From the NCBI GenBank assembly GCA_046292445.1, contig JBKBQT010000004.1, positions 19,206 through 83,205 of the forward strand: a DNA stretch of 64,000 nucleotides, written 5' to 3'. The stretch's first letter is position 1. Each line of letters begins with the position of its first letter. The DNA comes from Gemmobacter sp. (GTDB lineage Bacteria; Pseudomonadota; Alphaproteobacteria; Rhodobacterales; Rhodobacteraceae). Positions 43,202-53,277 of this stretch are shown here, one piece after another. A program made the translations under genes and the position numbers. The notes below the pieces were generated by a model. That model saw nothing but the letters and a program-made list of their open reading frames with translations. It was not told the origin of the DNA and did no database searches.

Positions 43202-44536
43202 ATGTCCATCCCCCAGTCCGGCGGCGGGCCGATCGAGCGGTTCGAGCAACTGGCCGAATACATCGCCAGCGGCTGCAAACCGGCGCAGGACTGGCGCATC
43301 GGCACCGAGCACGAGAAGTTCGGTTATCTGACCGACACGCTGGCGCCCCTGCCCTACGACGGCCCGCGCTCGGTGCGCGCCGTGCTCGAGGGTCTGCGCG
43401 ACCGGTTCGGCTGGACGCCGGTGCATGAAGGCGAGGCGATCATCGGGCTGACACGCGACGGGGCGAACGTCAGCCTCGAGCCGGGCGGACAGCTCGAACT
43501 CTCCGGCGCGCTCCTTGTGTCGGTGCACGATACGGCGGCAGAAACCGCCCGACACCTCGCCGAGGTGCGCGCGGTGGCCGAGCCGCTGGGGGTGCGGTTC
43601 CTCGGCCTCGGCGCCGCCCCGGTCTGGCGGCACGAGGACATGCCGCGCATGCCCAAGGGGCGATACCGGCTGATGACCGACTACATGAAGACGGTCGGCA
43701 CCCATGGGCTCGAGATGATGTATCGCACCTGCACGGTGCAGGTGAACCTCGACTTCGCCTCCGAGGCCGACATGGTCAGGAAGCTGCGCGTCGCGCTGGC
43801 GCTCCAGCCGGTGGCGACGGCGCTGTTCGCCTCTTCGCCGTTCTTCGAGGGGGCGCCGAACGGGCATCGCAGCTGGCGCTCGCGCATCTGGCGGGGCCTC
43901 GACGACAGCCGCACGGGGATGCTGCCTTTCGCCTTCGAGGAGGGGTTCGGGTTCCAGCGCTATGTGGATTGGGTCCTCGATGTGCCGATGTATTTCGTCT
44001 ATCGCGAGGGGCGATACATCAACGCGCTCGGCCAGTCGTTCCGCGATTTCATGGCCGGCCGCCTGCCCGCCCTGCCCGGGGCGGTGCCCACCCTGTCGGA
44101 CTGGGCCGACCACCTGACGACCGTGTTCCCCGAGGCGCGGATCAAGCGATACATCGAAATGCGGGGAGCCGATGCCGGGGACGAGGCGCATCTGGCCGCG
44201 CTGCCCGCGTTCTGGACCGGGCTGATGTATGATGTCGGCGCGCTCGACGCCGCGTGGGACCTTGTCCGGGGCTGGGATGCAGCAACCCGCGAAGGGCTGC
44301 GCGTGGCGGCATCGGAACGCGCGCTGGCCGGCGAGGCGGGGGGCGTTCGGCTGCTCGATGTGGCGCGCGCGGCGGTGGCGCTGGCCGAGGCCGGCCTGCG
44401 GGCGCGTGGACTGGGGGAGGAGCGGTTCCTCGCCCCGCTCGCTGCGCATGTCGCGACCGGGCGGGTGCAGGCCGACGATCTGCTCGACCGCTACGCCGGC
44501 GATCTTCGCGGCCTCTACACCGCGTGCAACCTTTGA
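43202..44536 (+). CDS. gshA: Glutamate--cysteine ligase (plant/alphaproteobacterial GCS2 type)
   Basis: 444 aa. RIGTEHEKFGY, GANVSLEPGGQLELSG and CTVQVNLDF are typical of the group-3 enzyme. Confidence 0.9.
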   Translation: MSIPQSGGGPIERFEQLAEYIASGCKPAQDWRIGTEHEKFGYLTDTLAPLPYDGPRSVRAVLEGLRDRFGWTPVHEGEAIIGLTRDGANVSLEPGGQLELSGALLVSVHDTAAETARHLAEVRAVAEPLGVRFLGLGAAPVWRHEDMPRMPKGRYRLMTDYMKTVGTHGLEMMYRTCTVQVNLDFASEADMVRKLRVALALQPVATALFASSPFFEGAPNGHRSWRSRIWRGLDDSRTGMLPFAFEEGFGFQRYVDWVLDVPMYFVYREGRYINALGQSFRDFMAGRLPALPGAVPTLSDWADHLTTVFPEARIKRYIEMRGADAGDEAHLAALPAFWTGLMYDVGALDAAWDLVRGWDAATREGLRVAASERALAGEAGGVRLLDVARAAVALAEAGLRARGLGEERFLAPLAAHVATGRVQADDLLDRYAGDLRGLYTACNL

Positions 44537-44599
44537 CCCGGACGGGCGGCCCCGCGTGAAGGGCCACCCGATGCTGCGCGGTCGGTTGCCGGGCCGGGA

Positions 44600-45322
44600 T
44601 CAGACGAAGAACTGCCCGCCGTTCGCGGAAATCGTCGAGCCGGTGATGAAGCCCGCATCCTCGGACGCAAGGAACGCCACGCAGCGCGCGATCTCTTCCG
44701 GTGTGCCGAGCCGGCCGACCGGGATCTGCGCGATGATCGATTCCCGCACCTTTTCCGGCACGGCCATCACCATGTCCGTCCCGATGTAGCCCGGGCAGAC
44801 GGCATTGGCGGTGATGCCGACCTTGGCGCCTTCCTGGGCAAGGCTCTTGATGATGCCCAGATCGCCCGCCTTGGTCGCGGCATAGTTGACCTGGCCGAAC
44901 TGCCCCTTCTGCCCGTTGATCGAGGAAATCACGATCACCCGCCCGAACTTGCGTTCGCGCATGCCGTTCCAGATCGGATGGATCGTGTTGAACACGCCCG
45001 TGAGGTTGGTGTCGATCACCTGGTGCCACTGCTCGCGCGTCATGCGGTGGAACGGGGCGTCGCGGGTGATGCCGGCATTGGCGACGACGACGCCGATCGG
45101 CCCGTGCTCGGCCTCGATCCGCGCCGCGCCGGCGGCGCAGGCGTCATAGTCGGTGACCGACCATTTGTAGGCGGGAATGCCGGTCTCGGCGGTGAAGGCG
45201 GCCGCAGCCTCGTCATTACCGGCGTAGTTCGCAGCGACGGTATATCCTGCGGCCTTGAGCGCCACCGAGATCGCGGCCCCGATGCCGCGCGATCCCCCGG
45301 TGACAAGTGCGACTTTCGACAT
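44600..45322 (-). CDS. phaB: Acetoacetyl-CoA reductase
   Basis: 240 aa SDR. MSKVALVTGGSRGIG, NYAATKAG, and a C-terminal FITGSTISANGGQF typical of PhaB/PhbB. Confidence 0.92.
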   Translation of the reverse strand: MSKVALVTGGSRGIGAAISVALKAAGYTVAANYAGNDEAAAAFTAETGIPAYKWSVTDYDACAAGAARIEAEHGPIGVVVANAGITRDAPFHRMTREQWHQVIDTNLTGVFNTIHPIWNGMRERKFGRVIVISSINGQKGQFGQVNYAATKAGDLGIIKSLAQEGAKVGITANAVCPGYIGTDMVMAVPEKVRESIIAQIPVGRLGTPEEIARCVAFLASEDAGFITGSTISANGGQFFV

Positions 45323-45409
45323 GATTCCCCCCTCTGGGCAAGACTGCTGGCAAGCCTGTTACCCGGCAGGCGCGCCGCGCGCAAGATTATTGCGCAAGGC
45401 GCCGTGCCG

Positions 45410-46585
45410 TCAGGCGCGTTCGAGGCACATGGCCACGCCCATGCCGCCGCCGATGCAGAGCGTGGCAAGGCCCTTCTTCGCGCCGCGCCGGCCCATCTCG
45501 AAGAGCAGCGTATTGAGGATGCGGGCACCCGAGGCGCCGATCGGATGGCCGATGGCGATCGCGCCGCCGTTCACGTTCACCACCGCCGGATCCCAGCCCA
45601 TGTCCTTGTTCACGGCGCAGGCCTGCGCCGCAAAAGCCTCGTTCGCCTCGACAAGATCGAGGTCCTCGACCTTCCAGCCCGCCTTGGCGAGCGCCTTGCG
45701 GCTGGCGAAGATCGGCCCGACGCCCATGATCGAGGGATCGAGGCCCGCCGTCGCATAGGAGGCGATCCGGGCGAGCGGGGTCAGGCCCCGCCGCTCGGCC
45801 TCGTCGGCCGACATCAGAAGGACCGCCGCCGCGCCGTCGTTCAGGCCCGAGGCATTGGCGGCCGTGACCGAGCCGTCCTTGGTGAACGCCGGGCGCAGCT
45901 TCTGCATCGCCTCGAGCGTCGCGCCGTGGCGGATGTATTCGTCCTGGTCCACCGTCACATCGCCCTTGCGGGTCTTGACGGTGACGGGGACGATCTCGTC
46001 GGCGAATTTCCCGGCTTTCTGCGCCGCCTCGGCCTTGTTCTGGCTGGCGACGGCGAACCGGTCCTGCTCGTCGCGGCTGATCTGCCACTGCTGGGCGACG
46101 TTCTCGGCCGTCTGGCCCATGTGATAGCCGTTGAACGCATCCCACAGACCGTCGCGGATCATCGAATCGACGAAGTTCAGATCGCCCATCTTCTGGCCGG
46201 CGCGCAGATGCGCGACATGGGTGGACAGGCTCATGGATTCCTGTCCGCCCGCCGCCACGATGGCCGCATCGCCAAGCTGGATGTGCTGCGCGCCGAGCGC
46301 CACCGCCCGCAGGCCCGATCCGCAGACCTGGTTGATGCCCCAGGCCGCCGCCTCGATCGGATAGCCGGCCTTGACATGGGCCTGGCGGGCGGGGTTCTGG
46401 CCCTGGCCGGCGGTGAGGACCTGGCCGAGGATGGTCTCGGAGATTTCGCCCTTGTCCACGCCCGCGCGCTCGGCCACGGCCGCGAGGACGGCGGCGCCCA
46501 GATCATGTGCGGGGGTGTTGGCGAAGGCGCCGTTGAAGCTTCCGACAGCCGTGCGGGCCGCCGAGACGATCACGACATTGGTCAT
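45410..46585 (-). CDS. phaA: Acetyl-CoA acetyltransferase (beta-ketothiolase)
   Basis: 391 aa from the ATG at 46585 ([19 protein letters not shown]). Active-site contexts [25 protein letters not shown] and CIGGGMG. Confidence 0.93.
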   Translation of the reverse strand: MTNVVIVSAARTAVGSFNGAFANTPAHDLGAAVLAAVAERAGVDKGEISETILGQVLTAGQGQNPARQAHVKAGYPIEAAAWGINQVCGSGLRAVALGAQHIQLGDAAIVAAGGQESMSLSTHVAHLRAGQKMGDLNFVDSMIRDGLWDAFNGYHMGQTAENVAQQWQISRDEQDRFAVASQNKAEAAQKAGKFADEIVPVTVKTRKGDVTVDQDEYIRHGATLEAMQKLRPAFTKDGSVTAANASGLNDGAAAVLLMSADEAERRGLTPLARIASYATAGLDPSIMGVGPIFASRKALAKAGWKVEDLDLVEANEAFAAQACAVNKDMGWDPAVVNVNGGAIAIGHPIGASGARILNTLLFEMGRRGAKKGLATLCIGGGMGVAMCLERA

Positions 46586-46707
46586 GGGCTGTCTCCCTGA
46601 TGCGCAGGCGGGGGGCAGCCCCGCCCGGTTCCGCCTTTTGGGTAAGCGGCGGCGGCGAAAAGCGCAAGGATTGCCGCGCCTGCCGATTGACGCAGGCGCC
46701 CGGCGCG

Positions 46708-47538
46708 CTAGGCGCGCCGCCGCGCACCCGGCGCCCAGGCCGGGTTCACGGTGGGCGCGCCGAAGAGATAGCCCTGCATCGCGTCGATCCCCGCAGCCCT
46801 CAGCCATTCCGCCTCGGCCTGCGTTTCGACCGATTCGGCGATCGTGACCATGTCGAAATGCTTGCCGATCGAGATCAGCGCCGCGGCGAGCACCTGATTG
46901 TCGGGATCGCCGGGGATGCCGCGGATGAACTGGCCGTCGATCTTGACGATGTCGAAAAAGAAGTCGCGCAGATAGCGAAAGGCGGTGAAACCCGCCCCGA
47001 AATCGTCGAGCGCAAAGGCGATGCCCTGGCGTTGCAGGTCGTCCATGAAGGCGGTGACGATTTCCGGCATCAGCATGGCCGAGGATTCGGTGATCTCGAG
47101 GATAAGCCGCTCGCCGATGGTCGGCCCGGCGGCAAGCCCGTCACGCAGCACCTTGACCCAGCGCGGATAGCCGATCGAGCGGGCCGACATGTTCACCGAC
47201 AGCCGCAGATCCGGCACCTCGGCCAGCGCGCGCAGGCCCATGTCGAGCGCCGCGCAGTCGATCAGCCGCCCGATGTCGCGGGTTTCGACCGCCCCCATGA
47301 AGTCGCGCGCGGGGATGGGACGCCCCGAGGGGTCCATCACCCGGATCAGCCCTTCATGAAACGCGATGCGGGCCGGGTCGGCGGCAAGCACGACGGGCTG
47401 GTAGGCAAGCGCGAGCCGCCCGGTTTTCAGCGCCTCGCGCACCATCGCGAGTGTGGCGCGGTCGCGTTCGGTCACGGCCGCCGAAAGGGGATCGCCCGCC
47501 CCCTCGACGATCCCGATCATCGCCCCGAGTTCATCCAT
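46708..47538 (-). CDS. Stand-alone EAL domain protein (putative c-di-GMP phosphodiesterase)
   Basis: 276 aa from the ATG at 47538 (GGAGGGG RBS). Motifs [33 protein letters not shown] and QGYLF. No sensor or GGDEF domain. Confidence 0.85.
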   Translation of the reverse strand: MDELGAMIGIVEGAGDPLSAAVTERDRATLAMVREALKTGRLALAYQPVVLAADPARIAFHEGLIRVMDPSGRPIPARDFMGAVETRDIGRLIDCAALDMGLRALAEVPDLRLSVNMSARSIGYPRWVKVLRDGLAAGPTIGERLILEITESSAMLMPEIVTAFMDDLQRQGIAFALDDFGAGFTAFRYLRDFFFDIVKIDGQFIRGIPGDPDNQVLAAALISIGKHFDMVTIAESVETQAEAEWLRAAGIDAMQGYLFGAPTVNPAWAPGARRRA

Positions 47539-47651
47539 CCGTGCCCCTCCGCGACCCGCCACAAGATGTCGCCACAGGCGTGAAGATCGGGTAAACATTC
47601 CCGGTTCGTTCGAATTTTCGGCAACTGCCCCGGTATCGTGGAGGATCGCGC

Positions 47652-48212
47652 GTGGATGGCCGCTGCCCCTGGTGCGGGACCGACCCGCTCTATGTCGCCT
47701 ATCACGACACCGAATGGGGCGTGCCTGAACGCCGGCCCCGTGCGCTCTGGGAAGCACTCGTGCTGGAGGGCTTTCAGTCGGGCCTGTCTTGGATCACCAT
47801 CCTGCGCAAGCGCGCGGCGTTCCGCCGGGCCTTCGCGGGTTTCGACCCCGAACGCGTCGCCCGCTGGGGCGAGGCCGACATTGCCCGTGCGCTGGCCGAT
47901 TCCGGCATCGTGCGGCATCAGGGCAAGATCGCGGCGACCATCGGCAGCGCACAGGCCTATCTGCGCATCGCCGGGCGGCAGGGCTTCGATGCCTTCCTGT
48001 GGGACTTCGTGGACGGCAGGCCGATCGTCAACCGCCCGGCCACGCTGGCAGAGGTGCCGGCGCAAACCGCGCTGTCGCAGCGGATGGCGAAGGCGCTTGC
48101 GGCCGAGGGGTTCCGCTTTGTCGGGCCGACGACGGCCTATGCGTTCATGCAGGCGGCAGGACTGGTGAACGATCACCTCGTGACCTGCCCGCGCCACGCC
48201 GCGCTGGCCTGA
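47652..48212 (+). CDS. tag: DNA-3-methyladenine glycosylase I
   Basis: 186 aa. CPWCGTDPLYVAYHDTEWGVP and EGFQSGLSWITILRKR. Confidence 0.93.
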   Translation: MDGRCPWCGTDPLYVAYHDTEWGVPERRPRALWEALVLEGFQSGLSWITILRKRAAFRRAFAGFDPERVARWGEADIARALADSGIVRHQGKIAATIGSAQAYLRIAGRQGFDAFLWDFVDGRPIVNRPATLAEVPAQTALSQRMAKALAAEGFRFVGPTTAYAFMQAAGLVNDHLVTCPRHAALA

Positions 48213-48292
48213 AGCCGGCGCATGCCGGCGGCGGTCCCCTGCCCCCCGAGCGGGGCGGCACAGCAGGCCCGGGCCGCGGGTTACACGGCGGG

Positions 48293-49450
48293 CTAGAGCC
48301 GGATCACCGTCACCGCCTGTCCCATCGCGGACAAAGCGATCTCGCCCGAACACAGGCGCAACGCATCCTCGCCAAAGACCTCGCGGCGCCAGCCGTGCAG
48401 CGCCGGCACGTCGCGCTCGCCCGCCGCGATGGCATCGAGATCGGCGGCCGACGCGATCAGCCGCGCGGCCACGCCCGATTCCTCGGCCTTGGCCTTGAGC
48501 AGAACCCGCAGAAGGTCGGCCAGCGCGGGATTGACCGCGACCTGATCGCGGCTGGTATCGACGCGCGGCATCTCTTCGGGCTTGAGGGCCAGCGCGGCCT
48601 TGACGGCGGCAAGGATGCCGTCGGCCACCTCGCCCTTGCGCGCCTCGCGCATCAGCAGCCGCGCCCGGCCAAGGTCGTCATGGGTCAGCGGCTTGAGCGA
48701 GGCGAGTTCGAGAAGCGCATCGTCCTTGATGACGCGGGTGCGGGGGATGTTGCGCGTCTGCGCATAGGCCTCGCGGAACCGCGCAAGCTCGCGCACGACG
48801 GCAAGAAACTGGCGCGAGGTGGTGCGGGTCTTGATCCGCTCCCACGCTTCTTCGGGCCGGGTGATGTAGGTTTCCGGGCTGGTGAGCGTTGCGAGTTCCT
48901 CTTCCACCCAGTGCTGCCGCCTTGCGCGGGCGATCTGCGCCGCGAGGGTCTCGTAGATCACCCGCAGGTGGGTCACGTCGGCCAGCGCATAATCCATCTG
49001 CGCCTCGGAGAGCGGGCGGCGCGACCAGTCCGTGAAGCGGCTGGTCTTGTCGAGATCGGCCCGCGCGATCTTGCGCACCAGCGTCTCGTAGCCGACCTGC
49101 TCGCCGAAACCGCAGACCATCGCCGCCACCTGGGTGTCGAACAGCGGCTTGGGGAACACGCCGCCCTCGACGAAGAAGATCTCCAGATCCTGCCGGGCGG
49201 CATGAAACACCTTCACTGTCGCCTCGTGACGCATCAGGTCGTAGAGCGGCTCGAGCGACATGCCCGATCCGGCGATCGGATCGACGAGGGCGGCCGGGCC
49301 GTCCCGGCCCGGCAGGGCCATCTGCACGAGGCAGAGCTTGGACCAGTAGGTGCGCTCGCGCAGGAACTCGGTATCGAGGGTCACATAGGGGGCTTCCCGC
49401 GCCTCGGCGCAAAAGCGGGCGAGGTCGTCGGTCGTGGTGATGGTCAGCAT
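48293..49450 (-). CDS. rnd: Ribonuclease D
   Basis: 385 aa from the ATG at 49450 (MLTITTTDDL...). DEDD exonuclease motifs VTLDTEF and YALADVTHL, with an HRDC region downstream. Confidence 0.9.
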   Translation of the reverse strand: MLTITTTDDLARFCAEAREAPYVTLDTEFLRERTYWSKLCLVQMALPGRDGPAALVDPIAGSGMSLEPLYDLMRHEATVKVFHAARQDLEIFFVEGGVFPKPLFDTQVAAMVCGFGEQVGYETLVRKIARADLDKTSRFTDWSRRPLSEAQMDYALADVTHLRVIYETLAAQIARARRQHWVEEELATLTSPETYITRPEEAWERIKTRTTSRQFLAVVRELARFREAYAQTRNIPRTRVIKDDALLELASLKPLTHDDLGRARLLMREARKGEVADGILAAVKAALALKPEEMPRVDTSRDQVAVNPALADLLRVLLKAKAEESGVAARLIASAADLDAIAAGERDVPALHGWRREVFGEDALRLCSGEIALSAMGQAVTVIRL

Positions 49451-49672
49451 GCGGTGGCCTTGAAGGGGGACGGGGGCCTTGCGCGGGGGCATCCCGCAGC
49501 TTCGGTTTAGGGGTGCGGCGCGATGAAGGAAAGCGCGTTGTCATGCCCGTGCAACGACGGCTGGCGCGGCGCGACGGCCGGAATGGCCGGGTGTCGCGCC
49601 GCCGCTTTCCTTCGCCGGCCCCTTGCGTTAAGTCCGCCCGCGACGCGCGCGGCGCGCGGACGGGAGGCAGGC

Positions 49673-52090
49673 ATGAAGTTCACCCTCGGCTGGCTGAAGG
49701 ATCACCTCGAGACCGAGGCCGACCTCGCCACCATCGCCGCCGCGCTGACCGATCTCGGGCTCGAGGTCGAGGGGATCGCCGATCCGGCCGAGACGCTCGG
49801 CGCATTCCGCATCGCCCGCGTGATCGAGGCGGCACAGCATCCGAATGCCGACCGGCTGCGGGTCTGCCGGGTCGAGACCCGGCCGGGCGGGCCGGGAACG
49901 ACACCGGTCGAGGTGCAGGTCGTCTGCGGCGCGCCGAACGCGCGCACCGGCCTTGTCGGCGTCTTTGCGCCGCCCGGCACCCATGTGCCGGGGACGGGCG
50001 TCGATCTCAAGCCGGGGGTGATCCGGGGGGTCCAGTCCAACGGCATGCTCTGCTCGGAACGCGAACTAATGCTGTCCGAGGATCACGACGGCATCATCGA
50101 GCTGCCGCAGGACGCCCCGCTGGGTGCACGGTTCATCGACTGGAAGGGCCTCGCCGATCCGGTGATCCACATCAAGATCACACCCAACCGGCCGGATGCG
50201 CTCGGGGTGCGCGGCGTGGCGCGCGATCTGGCGGCGCGGGGCCTCGGCCGGCTGAAGCCGCTCGACATTGCCCCGATACCAGGGGCGGCCCCCTGCCCCG
50301 TCACCGTGCGGATCGACGCCGACCTGAAGACCCGGGGCTGTCCGCACTTCGCGGGGCGGCTGATCCGCGGCGTGACCAACGGGCCCTCGCCCGACTGGCT
50401 GCAACAGCGGCTGCGGGCGGTCGGGCTGCGGCCGATCTCGGCGCTGGTCGATGTCACGAACTATTTCACCATCGGGCTCAACCGGCCGCTGCATGTGTTC
50501 GACGCGGGCAAGCTGCGGGGCGGGCTGCGGATCCATCCGGCGGCGGGCGGTGAAGCGGTCCCGGCACTCGACGGTCGGACCTACCACCTCGCGCCGGGGA
50601 TGATGGCGATCTCGGACGACGACGGGGTCCAGAGCATCGCCGGCATCATGGGCGGCGCGCCCTCCGGCGTGACCGAAGCGACGACGGACGTGTTCCTCGA
50701 AAGCGCCTGGTGGGATCCGATCACCATCGCCGCGACGGGGCGCGCGCTCAAGATCAACTCGGATGCGCGCTACCGGTTCGAGAGGGGGATCGATCCGGCC
50801 TTCACCCTGCCGGGGCTGGAGCTTGCGACACGGATGATCCTCGATCTTTGTGGCGGAACGGCGTCGGATATCGCCGAAGACGGCGCGCCGCGCCTGAGCC
50901 CGCGCGCCTACCGGCTCGATCCGGCGCGGGTTGAGCGGCTGGTGGGCATGGCGATCCCCGCCGAGGCGCAGCGCGAGACGCTCGCCGCGCTCGGTTTCGC
51001 GCTCGACGGCGACATGGCCGCGCCGCCGAGCTGGCGGCCCGACGTGCAGGGCGAGGCCGACCTTGTCGAGGAAGTCGCGCGCATCGCCTCGCTCTCCGGG
51101 CTCGAGGGGCGACCGCTCGCGCGTCCCGCCCCTGGCGTGCCCGCGCCGGTGCTGACCCTCGGCCAGATGCGCGAGCGCAGCGCCCGCCGCACGCTCGCCG
51201 CGCTCGGCTACAACGAATGCGTCACCTACAGCTTCATCGACGCAGGCGCCGCAGCCCTGTTCGGCGGCGGGACCGAGGCGGTGCGGCTCGAAAACCCGAT
51301 CTCGTCGGAAATGACGCATCTGCGCCCCGACCTGCTGCCCGGCCTCTTGCGCGCCGCAGCGCGCAACCAGGCTCGCGGGACAATGGATCTGGCGCTGTTC
51401 GAGGTCGGCCCGGCCTTCTCGGGCGGCGAGCCGGGGGAAGAGGCGGTGCACGTGACCGGCCTGCTCGTCGGTCACACCGGGCCTCGTGATCCGCATGCCG
51501 CGCGCCGGCGGGTCGATGTGTTCGACGCCCGGGCGGATGTCGAGGCGGTGCTGGGTGCACTGGGCGCACCCGCCCGGCTCCAGACGCAGCGCCGCGCGCC
51601 GGCCTGGTGGCATCCGGGCCGCGCCGCCGTGCTCTCGCTCGGCCCGGCGGCGCTCGCGACCTTTGGCGAGATCCATCCGCGTATCCTGCGGGCCCTCGAC
51701 GTGAAGGGGCCGGCAGTCGCGTTCACCGTCCTGCCCGGCGCGCTGCCGGCGCCGAAGGCGCGCGGCGCGGCGCGGCCCGCGCTGACGCTGTCCGACCTGC
51801 AGGCGGTCGAGCGCGATTTCGCCTTCGTGGTCGAGGCCCGGGTCGAGGCGGCAAGACTCGTCGCGGCCGTGCAGGGCGCCGACAAGGCGCTGATCGAGAG
51901 CGTGCAGGTGTTCGACGAATTCGCCGGCCCGCGCGCTGCAGCCCAGATAGGCGACGGCCGCAAATCGGTCGCCCTGACCGTCCGCCTGCAGCCGCGCGAG
52001 CGCACGCTGACCGAGGCCGAGATCGAGGCGGTATCGGCCCGCGTCGTGGCGGCCGTTGAAAAGGCGACGGGCGGCGTTCTGCGCGCCTGA
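49673..52090 (+). CDS. pheT: Phenylalanine--tRNA ligase beta subunit
   Basis: 805 aa from the ATG at 49673 (GGGAGG RBS). MKFTLGWLKDHLET is a canonical PheT N-terminus, and tRNA-binding, B3/4 and B5 regions are recognisable. Confidence 0.96.
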   Translation: MKFTLGWLKDHLETEADLATIAAALTDLGLEVEGIADPAETLGAFRIARVIEAAQHPNADRLRVCRVETRPGGPGTTPVEVQVVCGAPNARTGLVGVFAPPGTHVPGTGVDLKPGVIRGVQSNGMLCSERELMLSEDHDGIIELPQDAPLGARFIDWKGLADPVIHIKITPNRPDALGVRGVARDLAARGLGRLKPLDIAPIPGAAPCPVTVRIDADLKTRGCPHFAGRLIRGVTNGPSPDWLQQRLRAVGLRPISALVDVTNYFTIGLNRPLHVFDAGKLRGGLRIHPAAGGEAVPALDGRTYHLAPGMMAISDDDGVQSIAGIMGGAPSGVTEATTDVFLESAWWDPITIAATGRALKINSDARYRFERGIDPAFTLPGLELATRMILDLCGGTASDIAEDGAPRLSPRAYRLDPARVERLVGMAIPAEAQRETLAALGFALDGDMAAPPSWRPDVQGEADLVEEVARIASLSGLEGRPLARPAPGVPAPVLTLGQMRERSARRTLAALGYNECVTYSFIDAGAAALFGGGTEAVRLENPISSEMTHLRPDLLPGLLRAAARNQARGTMDLALFEVGPAFSGGEPGEEAVHVTGLLVGHTGPRDPHAARRRVDVFDARADVEAVLGALGAPARLQTQRRAPAWWHPGRAAVLSLGPAALATFGEIHPRILRALDVKGPAVAFTVLPGALPAPKARGAARPALTLSDLQAVERDFAFVVEARVEAARLVAAVQGADKALIESVQVFDEFAGPRAAAQIGDGRKSVALTVRLQPRERTLTEAEIEAVSARVVAAVEKATGGVLRA

Positions 52091-52132
52091 GCCCCAGCGG
52101 GAACGCGGGGCGGGACCGTGCGCCTCCGGCGG

Positions 52133-52193
52133 GGATATTTGGGCCAGCCTGAAGGAGGCGCGCGAATGCGGCTTCAGGCTGGCAGAAATATCC
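52133..52193. repeat. Long imperfect inverted repeat (22-nt arms, 17-nt spacer)
   Basis: Left arm GGATATTTGGGCCAGCCTGAAG (52133-52154) pairs with CTTCAGGCTGGCAGAAATATCC (52172-52193) at 20 of 22 positions. It is intergenic, between pheT and the convergent oxidoreductase gene. Confidence 0.6.
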
Positions 52194-52219
52194 TCGGGGG
52201 GTGAGCCGCGCAGCGGCGA

Positions 52220-52241
52220 GGGGGGCGGAAGGCCCCCCTTT
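52220..52241 (+). terminator. Intrinsic terminator downstream of pheT
   Basis: GGGGGGC-ggaag-GCCCCCC followed by TTT. Confidence 0.55.
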
Positions 52242-52275
52242 CCGGGCACCCGCGACTCGACCGGGGTCCGGTGGA

Positions 52276-53277
52276 TCAGCCCACGGCCAGCACGATCTTG
52301 CCGATATGGGCAGAGCTTTCCATGCGGGCATGGGCGGCGGCGGCCTCCGCCAGCGGGAAGGTCTGGTCGAGCACGGGGGCGATGCGGCCGGCGGCGAGGA
52401 GCGGCCAGACCTCGGCCTCGAGCGCGGCGGCGATGCGGGCCTTGGCGGCATCGGACTGCGGGCGCAGGGTCGAGCCGGTGATCGTCAGGCGGCGCATCAT
52501 CACCTCGGCGATGTTGAACTCCACCCTGGCGCCGCCGAGGACGGCGATCTGCACCAGCCGCCCGTCGTCGGCGAGGGCGCGCAGGTTCCGCGGGGTATAG
52601 GGGCCGCCAACCATGTCGAGGATCAGGTCGGCGCCGCCGGACGCGCGCAGTACCGCCGCGAAATCCTCGGTCTTGTAGTCGATGGCGCGTTCGGCGCCGA
52701 GGCGGGTGCAGGCCGCGCATTTTTCCGCCGACCCGGCGGTAGCAAAGACGCGGGCGCCGCGGGCGGCGGCGAGCTGGATCGCCGTGGTGCCGATGCCCGA
52801 GGTGCCGCCATGGACAAGGAACCGCTCGCCGGCCTTCAGGCCGCCGCGCTCGACCACGTTGTGCCAGACGGTGAAGAAGGTCTCGGGCAGGCAGGCGGCT
52901 GAGCGCAGGTCCATCCCCTCGGGCACCGGCAAGGCATGGTCGGCGCGGGTCACGGCGTATTCGGCATAGCCGCCGCCGGGCAGGAGGGCGCAGACCGGCT
53001 CACCCGGGCGCCATCGGTCCACGCCCGGGCCGACCGCCGCTACCGTTCCGGCCGCCTCGAGCCCGGGCAGGGGCGAGGCGCCGGGCGGGGGCGCGTAGGT
53101 TCCCTGACGCTGGGCCACGTCGGGGCGGTTCACGCCGGCATAGGCGATGCGGATTAGGATCTGCCCGTGACCGGGCACCGGCACCGGCGCATCGGCGAGT
53201 TCCAGCACCGCGGGGCCGCCGGGGGCGGTGATGACGACGGCGCGCATGGCTTCGGGCGGGGTCGCGGGCGGCATCAT
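52276..53277 (-). CDS. NAD(P)H:quinone oxidoreductase (zinc-independent MDR, PIG3/Qor-like)
   Basis: 333 aa. MRAVVITAPGGPAVLEL, VHGGTSGIGTTAIQLA and a C-terminal HIGKIVL. The ATG at 53277 overlaps the upstream gene's stop. Confidence 0.85.
   Translation of the reverse strand: MMPPATPPEAMRAVVITAPGGPAVLELADAPVPVPGHGQILIRIAYAGVNRPDVAQRQGTYAPPPGASPLPGLEAAGTVAAVGPGVDRWRPGEPVCALLPGGGYAEYAVTRADHALPVPEGMDLRSAACLPETFFTVWHNVVERGGLKAGERFLVHGGTSGIGTTAIQLAAARGARVFATAGSAEKCAACTRLGAERAIDYKTEDFAAVLRASGGADLILDMVGGPYTPRNLRALADDGRLVQIAVLGGARVEFNIAEVMMRRLTITGSTLRPQSDAAKARIAAALEAEVWPLLAAGRIAPVLDQTFPLAEAAAAHARMESSAHIGKIVLAVG

Noticed and set aside
45385-45405. The short inverted repeat GCGCAA-gatta-TTGCGC between phaA and phaB, as a possible PhaR operator.
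   Set aside because: The arms are only 6 bp, and it does not match the PhaR-type site as I remember it. It may be chance in a short intergenic region.
50066-52720. An 884-aa minus-strand ORF.
   Set aside because: It is antisense to pheT and runs across the pheT terminator and the inverted repeat. Compositional artefact.
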